The notes under the pieces were generated by a model, which made no database searches, was not told where the DNA came from, and worked only from the letters and a program-made list of their open reading frames with translations. A stretch of DNA of 64,000 nt from an uncultured Chloroflexia bacterium (GTDB lineage: Bacteria > Chloroflexota > Dehalococcoidia > DSTF01 > JALHUB01): contig OY969814.1 in the NCBI GenBank assembly GCA_963703345.1, forward strand, positions 2,144,001 to 2,208,000, given 5' to 3'. Position numbers and translations under genes: made by a program. The number at the start of each line of letters is the position of its first letter. Position 1 is the stretch's first letter. Shown piece by piece: positions 19,893 to 28,122 of the stretch.

Positions 19893-20191
19893 AGCCAATC
19901 GAGGTAGTCTTTGCTCCCGTCGACGACCTCGGTAGCGAGGACTTCCGGCACCTCGTACGTGTGCAGGCGCTTGATCGTGGCCTCTACCTCCGCATACAGG
20001 CGCCGCTCCGTCTTGGCGATGCACAGCCACTCCGTCGCCTTTTGCACGTCGCCCTTCCACCGGTAGACGCTCGCTATCGGGCCGACGATCTGGACACAGG
20101 CCGCCAGGCGCGCCTCGACGAGCGCTTCAGCGATCCTTTCCGCGTCCTCTCGCGTCGAAGTCGTCGTCGTCACCTGGATGTGCTGTCTCAT
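19847..20191 (-). CDS. cutA: Divalent-cation tolerance protein CutA
   Basis: LVEARLAACVQI, SVYRWKG and HTYEVPEV motifs. The 3' end overlaps the convergent permease by 46 bp. Confidence 0.9.
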   Translation of the reverse strand: MRQHIQVTTTTSTREDAERIAEALVEARLAACVQIVGPIASVYRWKGDVQKATEWLCIAKTERRLYAEVEATIKRLHTYEVPEVLATEVVDGSKDYLDWLHEELERAGDDADGS

Positions 20192-20318
20192 CCGAAGCCT
20201 CCTGCCGTCGCGGTGTCCCCTCTCAGCGACCGCCGTCATTCTACCGCAATCGACCGCCTGCGGTGAGACGCGCATCGCGGCCAGCGGATCGTGTACAATT
20301 GGCGCGAGGAGGCAGGCC

Positions 20319-20507
20319 ATGGCAACCGGTGATAGTCCTGACAAGCCGCCGGCGGGCGACGGGCCGAAGCACGAGGTCAAGATCGGCGTTCCGGATTGCC
20401 CTCGCTGCAAGAAAAGCTTCACGATGAGCTACTGGCGTGGCGACCAACTGATTCAGGCGCGCTGCCTTAGCTGCGACCTGAAATGGCCTCGCCCGGACGT
20501 CGTCTAG
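20319..20507 (+). CDS. Small zinc-ribbon-like protein (62 aa)
   Basis: AGGAGG SD and TACAAT upstream; CPRC...CLSC pairs. Confidence 0.65.
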   Translation: MATGDSPDKPPAGDGPKHEVKIGVPDCPRCKKSFTMSYWRGDQLIQARCLSCDLKWPRPDVV

Positions 20508-20570
20508 CTCGGCTAATCGAAGACGAGCGGCAGCGGGACGAGGCGTTTCGCCGCTCGCCGCGAGGCCCGT

Positions 20571-20599
20571 TTGCTCATACAGATACCGCCTTGTAGAAT
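20571..20599 (+). promoter_or_regulatory. Sigma-70 promoter for the acyl-CoA synthetase
   Basis: TTGCTC-N17-TAGAAT. Confidence 0.55.
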
Positions 20600-20631
20600 C
20601 ACGCCAAGCTTTCCCCACAGAGGTACGAACC

Positions 20632-22443
20632 ATGGAGCTAACGATACCGGCATCGCTGGACGAATCGGCGCGTCGCTCGGAGAACAAGACAGCGTTCCAG
20701 ATCAAGGCGGGACGGGAGTTCACCGGGCTGACTTACGGCGAGCTGCGCCAGCGGGCAAGGGCTTTCGCCTCCGCGCTCATCGCTCTCGGGCTGCAGCGCG
20801 GCGACCGCGTGGGAATCGTCTGCGAGAACGGACTTGAGTGGATCGTCTCCTATCTGGGGATCGCTTACGCCGGGGGCGTCGCCGTCCCGGTCTATTACGA
20901 ATTGAAGCCCGGCGAGATCGAGGAGGCGCTGCGACGCGCTGAGGTGAAGCTGGCGATCGTCTCGGAGAAGGCGCTTCCCAATATCCCGGACCGCCTGCAC
21001 GAACTGGAAACCATCCTGGTCGTCGGGCCCAGCGCCGAAGCGCGTTCCGCCGGCGGAGGCGGCCTCTTCCGACGCGCCCGCGCCCGCATCCTGCCGTTCG
21101 AAGAGGCGTTCTCGCTCACAACGCACGAGAGCGACGTGGCGCTCGCAGCGACCGTCATCAAGCCGGACGATATCGCCTCCATCGTCTACACGTCGGGGAC
21201 CACCGGCGGCGCGAAGGGCGTCATGCTCAGCCACCGCAACTTCATGTCCAACGTCGCCGCAGCCGTCAAGGCTCTGCCCGTGTCGTCGCGCGATAGCGTT
21301 CTACTCCTGCTCCCGCTCCATCACGCCTATCCCTTCACCGCCGAGTTCCTCCTGCCGCTGTCCCTTAGAGCAACGGTGACGATTGAAAATGACCTTGTGC
21401 GGGTGCGCGACCGGCTGGCGGAGGCGAAGCCCACCGTCTTTCTCGCCGTGCCCGCTCTCCTCGACATTATGAGCCGAGCCATTCGCGCTCAGGCCGACGC
21501 GCAGGGTCGCGGCAAGACCTTCGAGCGCGGCCTGGAAATCGTTCGCCGGACCAAGCAGCGCACAGGCGTCAACATCGGTCCCCTGCTCTTCCGCGAGGTG
21601 CACCAACGCCTGGGCGGCAATCTGCGTTTTTTGGCCAGCGGCGGCGCGGCGCTCAATCCGGAGACGGCGCGCGCCTTCCACCTGCTGGGCATCCCCATCC
21701 TCCAGGCCTGGGGCCTCACGGAGACGTCGCCCGTCGTCTGTGCGCAGCGCTTCTACCCGAGGCGCTTCCGCTTCACGAACTACTACGAGAAGCAGTTGGG
21801 CAGCGTGGGCCGACCCCTGCTTGGCGTTGACGTTGACCTCATCGACGTGCCGGAGAAAGGGATCTACGTGAAGCTGCACGGCGAAGGAGAGCTCATCGTC
21901 CGCGGGCCGAACGTTATGCAAGGCTACTGGAAAGCCGAGGCAGAGACGAAGGCGGCGATGATCGGCGAGTGGTTCCGCACCGGTGACATCGGCCACATCG
22001 ACCGGCAGGGCAACGTCTACATCACCGGCCGCAGCAAGTACGTCATCGTGCTGGACTCCGGCGAGAAAGTGCACCCCGACGAAGTGGAGGAGCGGCTTCA
22101 GAGCAGCCCCATCATCGAGGACGTGTGCGTGGTCAGCCGGAAGGTGCGGGACAAGACACAGGTGTGGGCCATCGTCTACCCGAACTACGCCGCCGTCACG
22201 GAACGGCTGGCGACACAGGACCACCAGATGGAGGAATCGGCTCTGCGCGCGCTCGTGGAATCGGAGGTCAACGCGCTGGAGGAAGCGCTGGCGCCCTACA
22301 AGCGCACGAACCGGCTGGTGCTCACCGACGCGCCGTTACCGAAGACGGCTCTGCGCAAGGTGTCGCGAGAGCAGATCGCGGAGGACTACTCGTTCGACGT
22401 GAAGCGCTGGCGGGAGAACGCGACGGCCGGCCTTGTGCCGTAG
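20632..22443 (+). CDS. Long-chain fatty acid-CoA ligase (AMP-binding)
   Basis: YTSGTTGGAKG, LPLHH, WGLTETSP, FRTGDIG and ITGRSK motifs. Confidence 0.9.
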   Translation: MELTIPASLDESARRSENKTAFQIKAGREFTGLTYGELRQRARAFASALIALGLQRGDRVGIVCENGLEWIVSYLGIAYAGGVAVPVYYELKPGEIEEALRRAEVKLAIVSEKALPNIPDRLHELETILVVGPSAEARSAGGGGLFRRARARILPFEEAFSLTTHESDVALAATVIKPDDIASIVYTSGTTGGAKGVMLSHRNFMSNVAAAVKALPVSSRDSVLLLLPLHHAYPFTAEFLLPLSLRATVTIENDLVRVRDRLAEAKPTVFLAVPALLDIMSRAIRAQADAQGRGKTFERGLEIVRRTKQRTGVNIGPLLFREVHQRLGGNLRFLASGGAALNPETARAFHLLGIPILQAWGLTETSPVVCAQRFYPRRFRFTNYYEKQLGSVGRPLLGVDVDLIDVPEKGIYVKLHGEGELIVRGPNVMQGYWKAEAETKAAMIGEWFRTGDIGHIDRQGNVYITGRSKYVIVLDSGEKVHPDEVEERLQSSPIIEDVCVVSRKVRDKTQVWAIVYPNYAAVTERLATQDHQMEESALRALVESEVNALEEALAPYKRTNRLVLTDAPLPKTALRKVSREQIAEDYSFDVKRWRENATAGLVP

Positions 22444-22593
22444 CGCATCGCGGAGTCTTCGGACCCGACGGTTGATACCGTCACTTATCGACCTCACAGA
22501 CGCGAATCCATAGCTGAATTCTTGATAACGCGTAAACTCGTTTTTGGTTAACGATAGGCCGCAAAAAGGCGACGATCTTCCTCGCCGCACCTA

Positions 22594-22622
22594 TTGACAA
22601 GCGCTGATGGCCGGTGTAAGGT
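22594..22622 (+). promoter_or_regulatory. Sigma-70 promoter with no downstream plus-strand CDS
   Basis: TTGACA-N17-TAAGGT, ending about 5 nt before the predicted RNA 5' end. Confidence 0.7.
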
Positions 22623-22626
22623 TATA

Positions 22627-22760
22627 GGTGCCCCAAGTGGCGGACCCGCGGTCTACCGGTGGACGAATCCGGGGAACCTGAGGCGAGGGCCCCAAACCTG
22701 AGCCGAGGAGATAACCGGAGGAGGACGAAGCCGAAACGCGGAGAGGTTACTTGGGGTATT
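22627..22760 (+). ncRNA. Candidate rod-shaped small RNA (unassigned family)
   Basis: 15-bp terminal stem GGTGCCCCAAGTGGC/GTTACTTGGGGTATT with five G-U pairs. Nested helices CCGCG/CGCGG, CGGT/GCCG, TCCGG/CCGGA, CCT/AGG, GGC/GCC and AGG/CCT. Directly follows a promoter. Confidence 0.65.
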
Positions 22761-23709
22761 GCTTTGCCCGCGCCGTCTGCCTGCCGGTAGGCATGGCCTG
22801 CTCCTCCATCCAGCCGGGCTTCAGCGTGGCGATAAACCCCAGATTGCGGTAGAGCTGACCGTAGTCCAGCCCGTAGCCGACGACGAACTCGTCCGGTATC
22901 TCGAAGCCGACGTAGTCCAGCGGCACGTCCACGAGCCTTCGCGCCCGCTTGTCGAGGAGAGTGCAGACTTTCAGCGTCGCCGGCTTACGCGCGCGCAGGT
23001 ACGTCAGCAGATGGTTCAGCGTCATACCCGTGTCGACGATATCCTCGACTAAAAGCACATCGCGCCCTTCGATGCTCTCGTCCAGGTCCTTTAAGATGCG
23101 CACGTAGCTGCTGTCGGCGCTGTCGTACGACGAGATCGCCATGAAGTCGATGGCGACGGGCAGCGAGACCTGACGCATCAGGTCGGCCATGAAGCAGGCC
23201 ACGCCCTTGAGGACCCCGATAAGCACCGGCGACTTGCCGGCGTAGTCCTTCGATATCTGGACGCCGAGCTCCTTCACCCGCCGTCGGAGCTGCGGCGCGC
23301 TCACCAGCACCCGGTGCACGCCCTCGATGTTGCGCGGTTGCGGCGGCCCAAAGCCGTACTTGGCGAGAAGGCGCAGGTAGTCGCGTTTGTTCAGCAGCTT
23401 GACGTCGATGTCTGGATGAAGCTGCCGCAGAGTGCGCAGCTTGCGGTGCTTCTCCGTCATCAGGTCCTGCCGGAGCGTCGTCAGCTCAATGTACGTGTCG
23501 ATGTCGGGCAGGTAGAAGTCGGGGGTGAAAGCCTCGAGGACCTTGTCGCCCTCGGAGCGGAGAGTGAAGGTGCGCGGCTCGTATTGCCAGGAGATGCCGT
23601 AGAAGTCGAGGATCTTGGCGAATTCCGCCTCGCTCTCGTGGGCGAAGCGGACCGCGGGAGGCGCCATCTCGGCGTTTCCCGCTGCTGTTCCCGAATTCTC
23701 CATCGACAT
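22747..23709 (-). CDS. hpt: Hypoxanthine phosphoribosyltransferase with an N-terminal PD-(D/E)xK-like domain
   Basis: C-terminal HPRT: GVLKG, VLLVEDIVDTGMTL, EFVVGYGLDY. N-terminal ~100 aa: WQYEP...FTPDFYLP...YIELTT. Confidence 0.85.
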   Translation of the reverse strand: MSMENSGTAAGNAEMAPPAVRFAHESEAEFAKILDFYGISWQYEPRTFTLRSEGDKVLEAFTPDFYLPDIDTYIELTTLRQDLMTEKHRKLRTLRQLHPDIDVKLLNKRDYLRLLAKYGFGPPQPRNIEGVHRVLVSAPQLRRRVKELGVQISKDYAGKSPVLIGVLKGVACFMADLMRQVSLPVAIDFMAISSYDSADSSYVRILKDLDESIEGRDVLLVEDIVDTGMTLNHLLTYLRARKPATLKVCTLLDKRARRLVDVPLDYVGFEIPDEFVVGYGLDYGQLYRNLGFIATLKPGWMEEQAMPTGRQTARAKQYPK

Positions 23710-23869
23710 CGTCGCAGCCCTCACTTAAACGCTACCGTGTCTGCAGGCCATGTTCAAGTGGGAAGGCGTTCGCTTGCGATGGCGAGTCTGCGCGGTGTTT
23801 CGGTTGATTCATCATCCTGTGGCTGATAGTCTTTAGGCATCGGGCGCTGAACGAGAGAGGTGGTCGGCC

Positions 23870-24643
23870 ATCATTCCTCAGCGGTTCCTCCGGACGTGGG
23901 AGCTCCTCTATCTACTCACCGCCAGGGAGCTCAAGCTCCGCTACCAGGACACGATCCTCGGCTTTGTCTGGTCGGTGCTGAAGCCGCTCATGCTGGGCGC
24001 CGTCCTCTACTTCGCCCTCAGCCGTTTCGCGCGGATTCACTCGGACATACCCTATCAGCTCGTTCTGTTGCCGGCACTCTTCCCGTGGGCGTGGTACCAG
24101 ACCTCCGTGCTGATGTCGGCGCCCGTCATCACGCACAACGGCAACCTGATCAAGAAAGTGCACTTCCCGCGCTACGTGCTGCCGTTCGCGACCGTGGCCA
24201 ACAACATGGTGCATTTCGTGATGACGCTGCCGATTATCACCGTCATCATACTCGCCTCGGGAAGGCACCCTTCGGCGAACTGGCTTATCGGCATCCCGCT
24301 GCTCACCCTGGTCGAGCTGGTGCTGCTGATGGGCACCGTTCTCATCGTGTCCTCCATCGACGTCTACTTCCGCGACCTGGAGCACCTGGTGGAGGTTTTC
24401 CTGAACCTGCTGTTCTACATGACGCCGATCATTTATCCACTAAGCCAGACGGGTCGCTACAAGCACCTTCTAATGCTCAATCCTTTGGCGTCGCTGATCG
24501 AGAGCTGGCGGAACCTGTTCGTTTTCAACCAGTTGCCGACGATAGTCGATCTATGGCCCTCACTGGCGTTTGCCGCCGCTTCGGTGCTGTTGGGCAGCTT
24601 CGTTTTCGGACGTTTGGAGCGGGGGTTCGCGGATGCTCTCTGA
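23870..24643 (+). CDS. wzm: Polysaccharide ABC exporter permease (Wzm); start codon probably ATC/ATT
   Basis: In-frame ELLYLLTARELKLRYQDTILGFVWSVL upstream of the called GTG; NLIKKVHFP, FRDLEHL, FYMTPIIYP and LNPL motifs. Confidence 0.85.
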   Translation: MIPQRFLRTWELLYLLTARELKLRYQDTILGFVWSVLKPLMLGAVLYFALSRFARIHSDIPYQLVLLPALFPWAWYQTSVLMSAPVITHNGNLIKKVHFPRYVLPFATVANNMVHFVMTLPIITVIILASGRHPSANWLIGIPLLTLVELVLLMGTVLIVSSIDVYFRDLEHLVEVFLNLLFYMTPIIYPLSQTGRYKHLLMLNPLASLIESWRNLFVFNQLPTIVDLWPSLAFAAASVLLGSFVFGRLERGFADAL

Positions 24644-25409
24644 CGGTACCGCTATCGCCCTCGAAGGCGTCTCCAAGCGCTATTTCCTGCGGGCGCAGAA
24701 GCCGGAGGAGATCAAGACCACCGTCCTCCACCTGCCCTCGTTCCTGCGCGGCAACGCCGGCCGCCCGTTCTGGGCCCTGGACGACGTGTCTTTCTCGGTG
24801 AAGCGAGGCGACAGCCTGGGCATCATCGGGCCGAACGGGTCGGGGAAGAGCACACTGCTGAAGATCATAGCCGACCTGGCGCCTCCGACTCGCGGCAAAG
24901 TCGAGGTCGGAGGGCGCGTCTCGGCTTTACTGGAGCTGGGCGCCGGCTTTCATCCCCAGATCACTGGGCGGGAGAACGCCATCCTCAATGCCGTCCTGCT
25001 GGGCTTGAGCAAGAAGGAGGCGATGGAGGCTCTCCCCGACATTATCGCGTTTTCCGAACTGGGCGACTTTATCGACGAGCCGATGCGGACCTATTCGTCC
25101 GGCATGTTTGTCCGGCTGGGCTTTTCGGTCGCGGTGCACGTGCGCCCCGACGTGCTGCTGGTTGACGAGGTGCTGGCGGTGGGCGACGGCGAGTTCCAGC
25201 AAAAGTGCTTCGGCCACATCGAGATGCTGCGCTCCAACGGCGTAACGATTGTCTTCGTGTCGCACGACCTGAGCGCCGTCACGCGCTTCTGTGATCGCGC
25301 CGTCCTGATCCAGCACGGCCAGCTCCAAATGCAAGGCGACTCGGAACCGGTGGTGCAGGAGTACCGGGACAGGATTGCGGCTTTTTTCGGGGGTAAGTTA
25401 TCATCCTAG
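24633..25409 (+). CDS. wzt: Polysaccharide ABC exporter ATP-binding protein (Wzt)
   Basis: FWALDDVSF, GPNGSGKST, ELGAGF, YSSGM and DEVLAVGD motifs; no C-terminal carbohydrate-binding domain. Confidence 0.9.
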   Translation: MLSDGTAIALEGVSKRYFLRAQKPEEIKTTVLHLPSFLRGNAGRPFWALDDVSFSVKRGDSLGIIGPNGSGKSTLLKIIADLAPPTRGKVEVGGRVSALLELGAGFHPQITGRENAILNAVLLGLSKKEAMEALPDIIAFSELGDFIDEPMRTYSSGMFVRLGFSVAVHVRPDVLLVDEVLAVGDGEFQQKCFGHIEMLRSNGVTIVFVSHDLSAVTRFCDRAVLIQHGQLQMQGDSEPVVQEYRDRIAAFFGGKLSS

Positions 25410-25431
25410 CTGACGGGAGGGAGCCCCAGGC

Positions 25432-26007
25432 ATGATCAGCCTCGAGTTCGACCGCTCGCGGAAACAGACCGGCGCCTTGAGGGTCAGCCGGAAGGCCGGT
25501 CCGGGCGTCGCGGTCCTGGCAGACGTGGGCGACGGACTGCCCTTCAAGGACGACAGCGTGGAAGAGATCTATCTCGACCACGCGCTGGAGGACGTCCACG
25601 ACTTCCTGGCGGCGATGCGCGAGATCTGGCGCATCTGCCGTCCCGGCGCCCTCGTCCACGTCTGGCTGCCACACGCCTCTTCCACGTGGGCGACTTCGCG
25701 TAATCCGGGCCAGACGCGCCCCTTCACCATCGAGACGTTCGATTTCTTCGACCCGGAGCGGAACCCGACCCCCCCTGACGGCGCAACATTCGAGACAGAA
25801 CAGGCGAAGCTCTCCCTCACGACCCTCCGCCTGGGGCAGCGGCCGCGCCTGACCGGCGGGCTCGTTGCGTCGGTCGTCGAGTCGCTGGCGAACCGCAACC
25901 GCGGCGCCCAGTACCGCTGGGAGCGCTGGCTGGGCGCGACAATCGGCTTTGAGGAGTTTTACGTCCTCCTGACGGCGGTCAAGCCCCCCACCTGGGCCGA
26001 CGTGTAG
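25432..26007 (+). CDS. Class I methyltransferase-like protein (degenerate SAM motif)
   Basis: LPFKDDSVEEIYLDHALED and MREIWRICRPG motifs; no DxGxG motif I. Confidence 0.65.
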   Translation: MISLEFDRSRKQTGALRVSRKAGPGVAVLADVGDGLPFKDDSVEEIYLDHALEDVHDFLAAMREIWRICRPGALVHVWLPHASSTWATSRNPGQTRPFTIETFDFFDPERNPTPPDGATFETEQAKLSLTTLRLGQRPRLTGGLVASVVESLANRNRGAQYRWERWLGATIGFEEFYVLLTAVKPPTWADV

Positions 26008-26041
26008 CGGCCCTTGCTCTGAGCCCCCGCGAAGAGGCAGC

Positions 26042-26632
26042 ATGAGCGACAACGTCTGGAACGAGATCCGCTCCGACTACGACGCCTATTACTACTCCAG
26101 CTTCACCTGGCTGCCGGACCCGAACAAAGGGATCTGGAAGCGCCGCTGGGAACGTTTCGATGGGATCGTCCTGCGCGGGTCGTGGCCGGCCGTCGTCTGC
26201 TACCGCCTGAAGGCGTGGGCGCTTCGTAGGAGCATCCCCCTCCTCCCGTTCGTCTGCGATACGCTCAATCGTGTCTTCTGGGGCATCGTCATCGGCGACG
26301 GCGTGGAGATCGGGCGCGGCCTGTGCATCGTTCATGGCTACGTCGTCATCGACGGCGCCGTGGTCATCGGAAAGAACTGCTACATCAACCCTCACGTCAC
26401 CATCGGTCTCCGCGGCGGCAACGTATTCTCGCTGGACGGCCCGCGGCTGGGCGATAACGTGTACGTCGGCACCGGCGCCAAGGTGCTGGGCGCGATAACG
26501 GTCGGCCACAACGTGACGATAGGCGCCAACGCCGTCGTCATCAGCGACATTCCGGACAACCATACGGCCGTGGGGGCGCCGGCCCGTGCCATACCGAAGA
26601 AGACGGAGCCGGAGAAGACGCGTCGGGGATAG
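26042..26632 (+). CDS. Serine O-acetyltransferase-like hexapeptide (LbH) acyltransferase
   Basis: IGRGLCIVHG, LGDNVYVGTGAKVLG, IGANAVV and VGAPAR motifs. Confidence 0.85.
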   Translation: MSDNVWNEIRSDYDAYYYSSFTWLPDPNKGIWKRRWERFDGIVLRGSWPAVVCYRLKAWALRRSIPLLPFVCDTLNRVFWGIVIGDGVEIGRGLCIVHGYVVIDGAVVIGKNCYINPHVTIGLRGGNVFSLDGPRLGDNVYVGTGAKVLGAITVGHNVTIGANAVVISDIPDNHTAVGAPARAIPKKTEPEKTRRG

Positions 26633-26659
26633 CGGAGAGCCGGGAGGCTTCTGACAGGC

Positions 26660-27268
26660 GTGTTCGAGAACATCCGCGAGGACTTCAAGGTGTATGCGCA
26701 GTTGACGGGCGTGCGCAGGGGCAGGGGAATCCTCGGCGCATCATGGCTCTTCGACGCGCGCCGGTTCCTGGCGGCGCTGTGGGTTTTCCCGCTGTCGGCC
26801 GTCGTCATCTACCGCGGGAAGTGCTGGCTGCGGGCGCATCACCTGCCCATCCTGCCGCGCCTTCTCGACTGGCTGAACATCGTCCTCTGGCAGGTGCAGA
26901 TAGCCGACAACGCCAGCATCGGGCCGGGGCTGTGCATATCGCACGGGTCGGTCATGATCGCCGGCGAGGTCAAGATCGGGCGCAACTGCACGTTGAACCC
27001 CTGGACCGGGCTGGGTCTGATCCACAAGCGGAAGGTTGAGAACCCCTGGGACGGGCTGGTCGGACCGACGGTTGGCGACAACGTGTTCGTCGGCGTCGGC
27101 TCGCGCATCATGGGGCCGATAACGATCGGCGACAACGTGCGCATCGGGGCGAACTCGATCGTTATTCACGACGTGCCGAGCGACAGCGTGGTAATCGGCG
27201 TGCCGGCGCGGGTGCTCGACATGACAGACCCCGAGCAGCGGGCGATCGTGCAGGACGTGATCGACTGA
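26660..27268 (+). CDS. Second serine O-acetyltransferase-like LbH acyltransferase
   Basis: MFENIREDF, IGPGLCISHG, VGDNVFVG, IGANSIV and IGVPAR motifs. Confidence 0.85.
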   Translation: MFENIREDFKVYAQLTGVRRGRGILGASWLFDARRFLAALWVFPLSAVVIYRGKCWLRAHHLPILPRLLDWLNIVLWQVQIADNASIGPGLCISHGSVMIAGEVKIGRNCTLNPWTGLGLIHKRKVENPWDGLVGPTVGDNVFVGVGSRIMGPITIGDNVRIGANSIVIHDVPSDSVVIGVPARVLDMTDPEQRAIVQDVID

Positions 27269-27750
27269 TGATCGGCAAGCTCTGGCGACGGCTGCGTCCG
27301 CGCACCCCATTGGTCTGGATAACGCCGGAGCTGGCGCTGGGCCCCGCCTTGCCACCCGACCGCCTCCGTCTGCTGACAAAGGCCGGCATCGGCAGCGTCG
27401 TCGACGTGCGCAGCGAGGCGTGTGACGACGAAGCGGCGCTTGCCCGGCACAACCTGGCTTTTCCCGTCGATGACCGCGAGGCGGCCAGCCAGGAGCAGCT
27501 CCGCGCGGCAACCGAGTGGACGCTGGCTGAGATAGCGGCCGGGCGCAGAGCCTACATCCACTGTCGCAGCGGCATCGGCCGGAGCCCGAGCATCGCCTGC
27601 GCCGTCCTCTTGGCCATCGGCTACCCTCTGCCGGACGCCTACCAGATCGTCCGCCGTCAGCGCCCCTGGGCCGCCTGCAGCGAGACGCAGCGCCAGGCGC
27701 TCGAGGAGTTCGAGCGTCGACAGCGCGAACAGGCTGCTCCAACGGCTTAG
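27268..27750 (+). CDS. Dual-specificity protein phosphatase family
   Basis: YIHCRSGIGRS (CX5R) motif; TGATG coupling to the upstream gene. Confidence 0.85.
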   Translation: MIGKLWRRLRPRTPLVWITPELALGPALPPDRLRLLTKAGIGSVVDVRSEACDDEAALARHNLAFPVDDREAASQEQLRAATEWTLAEIAAGRRAYIHCRSGIGRSPSIACAVLLAIGYPLPDAYQIVRRQRPWAACSETQRQALEEFERRQREQAAPTA

Positions 27751-28122
27751 GGAAAACCCCTCACCGCAGCCAGACTCAGGCGGCCACGCCGCTTCGCCGG
27801 TCTCCCAATCGGCGTAATTCCCAAAGGAGCCACGGATCAATGGTTTCCTGGCGTTCCTCAGCGAGTTCCCCTGATTGAACCCGCCCCTCTGAGTGAGCGA
27901 CCATACTTCAAGCGCCCGACTATTGCTGGAAAGGAAACCGCATGGAGCTCATCGCTAGATGTGGCCAAGGGCATAACCGAAGGGCGGCTCGTCTTCGGAA
28001 AGTCACCGACTAAACCTACCGGTGAGCCGTGACCAACTCGTGACGAAGATGACCGTTAGTGTGTGCCGGAGCAGCGCGTCACCCGGGTGGAGATGCCGCT
28101 TCCCGGACAGAGGGAGAGAGCA

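Noticed and set aside
22660-22720. TPP riboswitch or SRP RNA
   Set aside because: GAACCTGA is present, but the CTGAGA element and a downstream gene are missing, and there is no SRP domain IV motif.
22627-23709. Retron (terminal inverted repeats beside a PRTase-containing protein)
   Set aside because: No reverse transcriptase in the window, and the RNA is convergent with the gene rather than co-transcribed.
27900-28060. c-di-GMP or c-di-AMP riboswitch
   Set aside because: I could not find the consensus elements by eye; kept only as an unassigned leader candidate.
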